Positions 30,554 through 38,086 of a DNA stretch of 53,998 nt are shown here, in pieces. The stretch's first letter is position 1. The number at the start of each line of letters is the position of its first letter. The notes beneath the pieces are model-generated. The model worked only from the letters and a program-made list of their open reading frames with translations. It did no database searches and was not told the DNA's origin. A program made the position numbers and the translations under genes. The stretch spans positions 1-53,998 of the forward strand of contig CAYNRB010000001.1 in NCBI GenBank assembly GCA_964399475.1. The letters run 5' to 3'. This DNA comes from an uncultured Methylomarinum sp. Its GTDB lineage: Bacteria > Pseudomonadota > Gammaproteobacteria > Methylococcales > Methylomonadaceae.

Positions 30554-30712
30554 GGTGGCTTCCAACAATAAATATGCCAGAATTGCGTAGGATTTTTGTT
30601 TCTGATTAAACAATCTCAAGAGGCGCATAGTTATTCTACGTAACGATTGAGATTGTTTGATCAGGAACAAAAAGACAAGAAAGTTTGGACTATTTATTGT
30701 TGGAAACCACCT
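30553..30712 (+). repeat. LHE copy 5 (variant C), abutting copy 4
   Basis: Outer arms AGGTGGCTTCCAACAATAAATA / TATTTATTGTTGGAAACCACCT. Bulge motifs GCGTAGGATTTTTGT and ACAAAAAGACAAGAAAGTTT. Loop GAGGCGCATAGTTATTCTACGTAAC. A third, self-complementary inner stem (CTGATTAAACAATCTCAA). Confidence 0.85.
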
Positions 30713-30748
30713 AAATGTATAAGAAAACTCAAATAACAGGAAATTACA

Positions 30749-32422
30749 ATGTCTGATATCGAAATCGCTCAAAAGGCAGAAATGAAACCTATTATTGATT
30801 TAGTCAAAGAAAAGTTTGGCATTCCAGCTGAACACATGGATCCTTATGGCCATTACAAAGCAAAAGTATCATTAGAATATCTGGACAGTTTAACGGATAG
30901 AAATGAAGGCAAGTTGATTTTAGTTACCGCTATCAGCCCCACACCTGCTGGCGAAGGTAAAACCACAACAACGGTAGGTTTAGGCGATGCAATGAATCGC
31001 CTTGGCAAGAAAACCATGATGTGTTTACGTGAACCTTCACTTGGGCCCTGTTTTGGTATGAAAGGTGGTGCCGCTGGTGGAGGATATTCTCAAGTAGTAC
31101 CCATGGAAGATATTAACTTACATTTTACCGGTGATTTTCACGCCATTGGAGTTGCCCACAACCTATTGGCAGCACTAATTGATAACCATATCAACCATGG
31201 TAATGAATTAGGAATAGACCCAAGAAGAATTCAGTGGAAACGTGTGGTGGATATGAATGACCGTGCCTTACGTAAAATTACGGTCGGCCAAGGTGGCCCA
31301 GCCAATGGATATTTACGAGAAGACGGTTATGATATTGTGGTGGCCTCTGAGGTTATGGCTATATTATGTCTAGCAACGAGTCGTTCGGATTTAAAAGAAC
31401 GTTTAGGGCGTATTGTAGTAGCCTACAAAGCAGATCTAAAAACACCTATCTATGCTAGTGACTTAAATGCTCAAGGCGCGATGGCAGCATTATTAAAAGA
31501 TGCTATTAAACCCAACTTTGTACAAACGTTGGAAAATAATGTGGTTATTGTGCACGGTGGCCCCTTTGCCAATATTGCACATGGCTGCAATACCGTTACC
31601 GCAACCAAAACAGCATTAAAACTGGCTGATTACACTATTACTGAAGCAGGATTTGGTGCAGACCTAGGTGCTGAAAAATTCATTAATATTAAATGTCGCA
31701 TGGCAGGCTTAAAACCTTCTGCGGTTGTTTTGGTTGCAACCATTCGCGCATTGAAATTCCATGGAGGTATCAACAAAGAAGATTTAAACAAGGAAAATCT
31801 TGCCGCATTAGAGCAAGGGTTTGTTAATCTTGAACGTCATTTAGAAAATATCACCAGTAATTATGGATTGCCTTGTATTATTTGCATCAATCACTTTAGT
31901 TTCGATACAGATGCGGAAATCAGATTATTAATAGAAAAATGCAAAGCCATTGGAGCAATATGTGTAGTTTCAAAACATTGGGCTGAAGGAGGAATAGGTG
32001 CGGAACAATTAGCAAAAGAAATCATTAATATCGTAGATAACAGGGAGCCAGGATGTAGTTTTGTCTATGATAATGATATGACGCTTTGGAGCAAAATGGA
32101 AGCTATATCCACTAAAATTTATGGCGCAAGCGGAATAACAGCAAGCCCTAAAATTCGTCAGGAAATTGAAGCCTTACAAGAAAAATACGGAAAATTCCCA
32201 GTTTGCATGGCTAAAACTCAAATGAGTTTTTCAACTGACCCTACAGTTAAAGGTGCACCCTCAGGTCATACAGTAGAAATCAGCGAAGTAAAACTGGCTA
32301 ACGGTGCTGGTTTTATTGTAGCGATAGCCGGAAACATGATGACCATGCCAGGATTACCCAAAATACCTGCTGCTGAACGTATTGATATTACTAATGAAGG
32401 TAAAATTACGGGGTTATTCTAG
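30749..32422 (+). CDS. fhs: formate--tetrahydrofolate ligase
   Basis: 557 aa. Motifs [42 protein letters not shown] and [13 protein letters not shown]. Confidence 0.97.
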   Translation: MSDIEIAQKAEMKPIIDLVKEKFGIPAEHMDPYGHYKAKVSLEYLDSLTDRNEGKLILVTAISPTPAGEGKTTTTVGLGDAMNRLGKKTMMCLREPSLGPCFGMKGGAAGGGYSQVVPMEDINLHFTGDFHAIGVAHNLLAALIDNHINHGNELGIDPRRIQWKRVVDMNDRALRKITVGQGGPANGYLREDGYDIVVASEVMAILCLATSRSDLKERLGRIVVAYKADLKTPIYASDLNAQGAMAALLKDAIKPNFVQTLENNVVIVHGGPFANIAHGCNTVTATKTALKLADYTITEAGFGADLGAEKFINIKCRMAGLKPSAVVLVATIRALKFHGGINKEDLNKENLAALEQGFVNLERHLENITSNYGLPCIICINHFSFDTDAEIRLLIEKCKAIGAICVVSKHWAEGGIGAEQLAKEIINIVDNREPGCSFVYDNDMTLWSKMEAISTKIYGASGITASPKIRQEIEALQEKYGKFPVCMAKTQMSFSTDPTVKGAPSGHTVEISEVKLANGAGFIVAIAGNMMTMPGLPKIPAAERIDITNEGKITGLF

Positions 32423-32456
32423 TATTCCTGTCATATTGTTTTGTTGGATATGATAC

Positions 32457-32609
32457 TTTGCGCGGTTAGGGTTGCGGAATTCTAGCGGTCGGTTTTTGCC
32501 GATAAACTAAATTTCTGAAACAGTTGCACCGCTCATATGTGCCCGTACGTACCAGCACGTTGCTATCAGCAAAAACAACTCGCTTATTCTGCAACCGTGA
32601 CTGCGTAAT
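32457..32609 (+). repeat. divergent LHE-like long hairpin (variant D)
   Basis: Outer arms TTTGCGCGGTTAGGGTTGCGGAAT / ATTCTGCAACCGTGACTGCGTAA. Inner arms GCGGTCGGTTTTTGCCGATA / TATCAGCAAAAACAACTCGC. The apical region contains ..GTACGTACC, resembling the ..CTACGTAAC loop. Confidence 0.6.
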
Positions 32610-32671
32610 GTATATGCCTGACTCAAAATACCATCTTAGAACCAGAATAACATATCATTTAAATACACCAA

Positions 32672-32959
32672 TTAAATTACTGTAAAAGTCATTGCAAAAA
32701 TAAAAACAAAAATAACAAAAAGTGTAAACATTGCCCTTTTACTTAGTGAGCTTTTGAAATCCTCATATTGTGAGGATAATTCTTCTTTTTTGTCTTCCGC
32801 AAATATGATTTTTTTTAACTTACCTTTAAGCGTGTTTTTATCTCTTTCAGCTTCTTCCCTGGCAAGAATCTCGTCAATTTTAGAATTTAATCCCCCACAG
32901 TTTTGACATCTGGCCTCCGAATTGTCACGAGGATGACCACATTGGCTACACTGACTCAT
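32672..32959 (-). CDS. zinc-ribbon protein with C-terminal TM anchor
   Basis: 95 aa. Has CSQCGH..x11..CQNCGG (two CxxC pairs), a charged helical linker and a C-terminal hydrophobic helix (MFTLFVIFVFIFAMTFTVI). Lies 10 nt downstream of the kinase gene, so it is probably co-transcribed. Confidence 0.55.
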   Translation of the reverse strand: MSQCSQCGHPRDNSEARCQNCGGLNSKIDEILAREEAERDKNTLKGKLKKIIFAEDKKEELSSQYEDFKSSLSKRAMFTLFVIFVFIFAMTFTVI

Positions 32960-32969
32960 TTGTAATTCC

Positions 32970-34679
32970 TTAGTTTAAATATAAAAGTATTTTCTGAAAA
33001 TAACTACTTATTACGATTATGGCAGTTATTGCTAGTGATATCACTAGCCAACCCATTATTTTTTTTCTTTTGGCGAATTTTTGATCCCTAAGCGCATTTT
33101 CAATGGCTCTTTGTTTTGCCCATTTTTGAGTATTAGCCTCTTCTATTATCAGTTTTTGATGGTATTCAAGTAAGCTATCAATTTCATCTAATACTTGTCC
33201 CATATTATTTTGTCTGGAAAGCGGCAACCAATTTACCATTTTTTCTACCATTTTAGTTAGCTGCTCTGGCAAATCTGAAAATTTTGAAGTCACTGAGATT
33301 TTCTTATTTTTCCATTGAGGCAATGCACCTGTTAGCAATTGATATAGAATGATTCCTACTGAATAGATATCAGTACGCTTGGTTTTTACTTCACTTTGTA
33401 ATTTATACCAATTTCTAATGCCACTTTTTTGATAATGCGCATCAAGTCCAAAGTCTGTAAGCTTTATTAAGCCATTTTCATCATAAAGTACATTGCTAGG
33501 TCTCAGATTACCATGGATAAGATTATTTTGATGTGCAAAGGCCAACCCCATACAAATTTCCCGCACAGTCTTTAATGCCTCATTCCATGGACTTGCAATA
33601 ATTAACCGATCCTGTAATGCACCTCCGTTCAAATATTCCATGACAATAATATAGGATCGGTCATTTTTAGAAGTCCCATAGATTTTGGCAATATTCTTAT
33701 GGACTAGTGATTTTAGCAAATTTGTTTCATTAAAACCTTTACTCCAAATAGGTCTTTTTTTAATAATCAGCAGATTATTATCATTTTTATTTTCATATAA
33801 GTAAATAGCACTTTGCTTTTCTTCTTGTATAACATCCAATAAAGAAAATCGTGTTTTAAGGTTAGAAATTCCTTGTTCTGCTCGTTGTTTTTGTTCGTTT
33901 TTTAAATGGGTACCGCGGAGTAATTTCAGCAAAACATCTTTAACAATATCTACAGAAACAGGCCTGCTGTCTGGTTCCATATTGAGACACTGTAAAATTA
34001 TTTTATCTAATAAGGGATCAATTCCTGCGACATATTCAGAGGGTGACACAATATCGCCAGTTGGCTGTTGCCCCGCAAATAGAACGTACATAACAACCCC
34101 TAGAGAGTATATGTCACTCAGTTCAGTTACATCTGAAGATGAAATTTGCTGCTCTGGTGACATATAGCCCAATGTACCCATCAACAATTTGTCTGATGTT
34201 GTTGCATGATTGATATCGCAAAACTGGGCAATACCAAAATCTAGAACATGAGCATGAAACTCCCTATCTATAAAAATATTAGCGGGTTTAATATCTCTAT
34301 GGATTACGCCATTTTTATGCGCATAACTCAGCGCTTTACAGACCTGGATTATAATTTCCAGTTTTTTTATAATTTCTAGACTTCCCAATTGAATAAATTT
34401 CGCTAGATCCTGTCCTTCTAGATACTCCATAATAAAATAGGGTGTTTTGTCAGACAATAAACCACGATCTATAACATGGATTACATGGGGGTGATTCAAC
34501 TGTGCAATAATATACGACTCGCGTTCAAACAAATTTATCACTAATGGTTGATCTGCCAATTGTTGATGAATAACTTTGATCGCTACTTTTCGTTTAAGTG
34601 AGTTCTGTATACCTTGGTATACAGTTGCCATTCCACCAGTACCTATAGTCTCAATAATTGTATAACCAGGAATTTGCAT
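32970..34679 (-). CDS. membrane-anchored Hanks-type Ser/Thr protein kinase with a second, pseudokinase-like domain
   Basis: Domain 1 has GTGGMATVY, VAIKVI, HRDIKPANIF, DFGIA and GTLGYMSPE. Domain 2 (about aa 280-500) has LIHGNLRPSNVL, where HRD is replaced by HGN, plus TDFGL. C-terminal TM is WLVISLAITAIIVISSYF. Confidence 0.85.
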   Translation of the reverse strand: MQIPGYTIIETIGTGGMATVYQGIQNSLKRKVAIKVIHQQLADQPLVINLFERESYIIAQLNHPHVIHVIDRGLLSDKTPYFIMEYLEGQDLAKFIQLGSLEIIKKLEIIIQVCKALSYAHKNGVIHRDIKPANIFIDREFHAHVLDFGIAQFCDINHATTSDKLLMGTLGYMSPEQQISSSDVTELSDIYSLGVVMYVLFAGQQPTGDIVSPSEYVAGIDPLLDKIILQCLNMEPDSRPVSVDIVKDVLLKLLRGTHLKNEQKQRAEQGISNLKTRFSLLDVIQEEKQSAIYLYENKNDNNLLIIKKRPIWSKGFNETNLLKSLVHKNIAKIYGTSKNDRSYIIVMEYLNGGALQDRLIIASPWNEALKTVREICMGLAFAHQNNLIHGNLRPSNVLYDENGLIKLTDFGLDAHYQKSGIRNWYKLQSEVKTKRTDIYSVGIILYQLLTGALPQWKNKKISVTSKFSDLPEQLTKMVEKMVNWLPLSRQNNMGQVLDEIDSLLEYHQKLIIEEANTQKWAKQRAIENALRDQKFAKRKKIMGWLVISLAITAIIVISSYFQKILLYLN

Positions 34680-34760
34680 GCTTTTGTTTGAGAAATAACT
34701 AAATATAATTTATGAGTATCATTTATTATAGAATCAATACTAATAAAACGGGTAGAAATA

Positions 34761-35561
34761 ATGCAGAAAAATATATTTAATAAATATACTGCGACGGGAA
34801 TAACTGATGTTGGATGTGTGCGTAAACACAATGAAGATACCTACCTCATAGATAAGAAACTTGGCTTATTATTGGTAGCAGATGGAATGGGAGGTCATGA
34901 AGCTGGTGAAGTAGCTAGCAAAGAATCTATACGAATCATTCTGCAAATGCTTCGTATGCAACAGCCTGTTGAAGAAAATAAATCATGGTTTTATCGATTA
35001 CTACGCCTGTTTCAACATGATGATGTAGACACCCATGAAGAAGAAGATCATTTGGAAAAGGCTTTATTCGAAGCAAATAACTACATATTCCAACTGAACA
35101 TGGAAAGGGGAGCGCCTAGTGGCACAGGAATGGGCACCACCCTTGCTGGCTGCTGGATAGTGAGGCCTGACTTAATGCTAGTATTTCATATTGGTGATAG
35201 CCGAGTTTATAGGCTTAGAAATGGAGAACTAAAATTAATAACAAAAGATCACTCAGTTTTGCAGGATTGGCATGATAATGGAAAAATCGGCGAGCAACCC
35301 AAATCAAACGTAATTAATCGGGCTGTAGGCCCCTACCAGACAGTTACGCCTGAAATACAGGTAATTGATATTCAAAATACCGACAGCTTTTTAATTTGTT
35401 CAGATGGCTTATCAGATATGGTTGATGATCAAGAAATTGAAAAACAACTAGAAGGTTTAAACGCTAGACAAATTGATAATTACTCCCATAAATTACTGAT
35501 TTCTGCCCTAGCACTAGGAGGGAATGACAATATTACAATTGTTTTGTTAACGCACGATTAA
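34761..35561 (+). CDS. PP2C-family Ser/Thr protein phosphatase
   Basis: 266 aa. Motifs TDVGCVRKHNEDTY, LLLVADGMGGHEAGEVAS, GTTLAG, ICSDGLSD and GGNDNITIVLL. Confidence 0.9.
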   Translation: MQKNIFNKYTATGITDVGCVRKHNEDTYLIDKKLGLLLVADGMGGHEAGEVASKESIRIILQMLRMQQPVEENKSWFYRLLRLFQHDDVDTHEEEDHLEKALFEANNYIFQLNMERGAPSGTGMGTTLAGCWIVRPDLMLVFHIGDSRVYRLRNGELKLITKDHSVLQDWHDNGKIGEQPKSNVINRAVGPYQTVTPEIQVIDIQNTDSFLICSDGLSDMVDDQEIEKQLEGLNARQIDNYSHKLLISALALGGNDNITIVLLTHD

Positions 35562-35718
35562 CTTTGCTAATTAATAACGATGACTCCCAGCAATCTGACC
35601 ATCTACTTTTTTACAAAGTTGATTTAGTCATAAATGTGCTATATTTCTATATCAACAGATGACTTTCAAACAAAAAATCCTCTTGTGTAATTGATTATAT
35701 AAAGTTAAACACCCAAGT

Positions 35719-36426
35719 TCAATCAGATGAAAATTTGATAAATAATTTTTTAATTCTGATTTCATCAGAGGGTATTAATAAGCAACTTGAACTAATCACA
35801 CTTCCATTCAAGGTTACTTTTTTCTTTTTCACTGGACTAATATAAAACGAATGACCCACTTTATCAATTTCTGCAATATGAGCTGCAGTAAAAAAACCAC
35901 CTATCCGAATATCATTCTTTTTTGCCTTTCCAATAGAGTAGCTATCTTTAGTCAATAGCATTTTTTTTATTCCATTTAAATCACCTTTTACGATTAAATA
36001 GAAACTCTTCTGCTTGATATCTGAAGCAGCTTGAGATGTACCGGGTCCAGAAACTTTTGAAGATGACACCATAATTACAGTAGCATCACTCGACTCTTGT
36101 ACTGATACTGGAGCAGAACTATTTTGCTGTATCTGACTCCATTCCGAAATCTTTAAAATATGTTTACCAATAGTAACCGAATCTTCAAAACGAATTTTTT
36201 GACGTGTGCTTATCTTTTGGCTATTTAGAAATGTACCATTCGAACTATTCAAATCTTCAATGGTATATTGTCCGTTACTTACACTTATTACAGCATGAAA
36301 ACTTGAAACGCCCATATTATTGATAACAACTTCATTACTAGATGCTCTTCCAATACTAACAGTAACAGTTTTAATGGGTAAAGACTGCTTTAAGACGCCA
36401 TTAAAATAAATTTCAAGATAATTCAT
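35719..36426 (-). CDS. protein with two FHA domains
   Basis: 235 aa. FHA-1: SIGRASSNEVVINNMGVSSFHAVISVSNGQYTIEDLNSSNGTFLNSQKI. Ser-rich linker. FHA-2-like: YSIGKAKKNDIRIGGFFTAAHIAEIDKVGHSFYISPV..KVTLNGSVI. Confidence 0.8.
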   Translation of the reverse strand: MNYLEIYFNGVLKQSLPIKTVTVSIGRASSNEVVINNMGVSSFHAVISVSNGQYTIEDLNSSNGTFLNSQKISTRQKIRFEDSVTIGKHILKISEWSQIQQNSSAPVSVQESSDATVIMVSSSKVSGPGTSQAASDIKQKSFYLIVKGDLNGIKKMLLTKDSYSIGKAKKNDIRIGGFFTAAHIAEIDKVGHSFYISPVKKKKVTLNGSVISSSCLLIPSDEIRIKKLFIKFSSD

Positions 36427-36513
36427 AAGTTCAAGACCTTTTCTAAAAGTAACTCTATAATAAATGCCTACGCTGGATTCGTCTAGATAACTTTTATACT
36501 CAGGTACATAATC

Positions 36514-36834
36514 ATGCTAGATCTATTTCTCATCACACTCTTGCTATTAATTGGTTTTTATTGGTCCAATTCCATGAAAGCACGTGAAATTGCTTTTATC
36601 GCAGTAACCTCACACTGCCGAAAACTAGGCGTACAATTATTAGATGAATATGTTGCCTTGAATGGATTATGGTTTAAGGTAAATAGAGAAGGGGGAATTA
36701 GTGCTTGGCGATCCTATCTATTTGAATTCACTTCTACTGGAAATGATCGCTATAACGGTAAAATAATTATGCTAGGTGATAAAATATTAAATATTGAGAT
36801 GGATCCCTATAAAATTCTTGATGATGAATATTAA
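36514..36834 (+). CDS. DUF3301-like small membrane protein
   Basis: 106 aa. N-terminal TM, then the block AREIA...HC...LLD..VAL......R.......R.Y.FEF...G..RY.G typical of DUF3301. Confidence 0.55.
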   Translation: MLDLFLITLLLLIGFYWSNSMKAREIAFIAVTSHCRKLGVQLLDEYVALNGLWFKVNREGGISAWRSYLFEFTSTGNDRYNGKIIMLGDKILNIEMDPYKILDDEY

Positions 36835-36910
36835 TTTAGCATAATAATAGCCACTAACTTTCATATATTCAATGACTTACTAACTAGATCAATAGAAAAA
36901 CTGATTAGTT

Positions 36911-37117
36911 TGGTGGTTTGACGAAACAAAATCACCAACCTTGCTTGTCTTTTTGCTCCTGATCAAACGATCTTAATCGTTTCGTAGAAATGACTTTGCA
37001 CCTCTTGTGAAATAGTTCGGTCTAGGTCAGGATCCCCTAGGTAGAATAATACATGAGCAATTTTCAAGAAATAAAAATCCTGCGCAATCTTGGTAACTTT
37101 ATTCCGTCAAATCACCT
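36911..37117 (-). repeat. LHE copy in reverse orientation, degenerate and enlarged (about 205 bp)
   Basis: The reverse complement carries ACCAAGATTGCGCAGGATTTTT, CAAGAGGTGCAAAGTCATTTCTACGAAACG (loop homologue) and CAAAAAGACAAGCAAGGTT. Outer arms GGTGGTTTGACG / CGTCAAATCACC. Holds an extra ~45 bp insert. Confidence 0.65.
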
Positions 37118-37371
37118 TAGTAAAAAAAATCATCTTGTTGGTAAATTCCCAATTGTAATAGATATCATTTATTGTTCAGACAGAAAGTTAATTGCTTTTG
37201 GAATATAGAACGAAAAGCAAAAATATTCTATACACTTTCTGGTGATATACTCCCCTTGATCATATAAAAGTAAGTAATGTTTGATTCATAAAACCAACTA
37301 TTATTTAACAATCACTATTTTCTAATAGATTACAGTCTAAATCTTTAACATTAACTAATGATATTTTTACT

Positions 37372-37716
37372 ATGAGCAATAAAACTCGTCATACTAAAAC
37401 CTCTACCCAAACTCAGGATGAGGCATTAAAAGTTGCTAAGGCTACGCAACGCCCAGGACAAGCTAAAGAACAAACCAAACTAATTGCCCAGGGAATAGAA
37501 AAAGGAATCTATCATTATAAAAAACAACAAAAAGCTAAAGTAAGAATAATTAATAAAAAAAAACATAAAACTGGAAAGAATAACGATGATCAATTTCAAA
37601 CCAATCAACATTCATCTGAAGTAAATCCAAATTGCATGCGTTCATCTTTGCCATGGATACTATTAATTATCAGCTGGATAGGCTTTTTTATTCATTATTC
37701 TAAGGATTTATGGTGA
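37372..37716 (+). CDS. DUF2956-like small protein with C-terminal TM
   Basis: 114 aa. The block EALKVAKATQRPGQAKEQTKLIAQGIEKGIYHYKKQQKAK matches my memory of the DUF2956 consensus. C-terminal hydrophobic helix. Confidence 0.45.
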   Translation: MSNKTRHTKTSTQTQDEALKVAKATQRPGQAKEQTKLIAQGIEKGIYHYKKQQKAKVRIINKKKHKTGKNNDDQFQTNQHSSEVNPNCMRSSLPWILLIISWIGFFIHYSKDLW

Positions 37717-38086
37717 TAACTAATCTAACGAAAGTAGGCTTTTCATAAAATAAATACCCAGATGGAGTATTTCAAAGGAAGAAGAACATATGGAATTTAA
37801 CAATATCAATAGTCTCAAATTAACGTAAGTAACGATAAATTTCTCTTCCCTCTAGCTTAGATAAATCTAAAGCTATTCCCATTACTTTTAAAAATCATTA
37901 AAGTACACCTTCCATAAAAACTATCTAGAACTGAAGTATATGGATTAAATAACCTTCAGAACACAAAACAATCGCAATCTATTCCTTAAATTATTTCGAA
38001 GCTTCATAACTGAGTAATGGGTCAAGTGGCAATAGATACACTTGCATCTATTGCCACTATTTATAAGTATGTAATGTAAATTTGTA

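Noticed and set aside
32672-36426. Kinase/PP2C/FHA trio read as a type VI secretion post-translational switch (PpkA/PppA/Fha1).
   Set aside because: No T6SS structural genes (tssA-M, hcp, vgrG) are recognisable anywhere in the window, so that assignment cannot be supported here.
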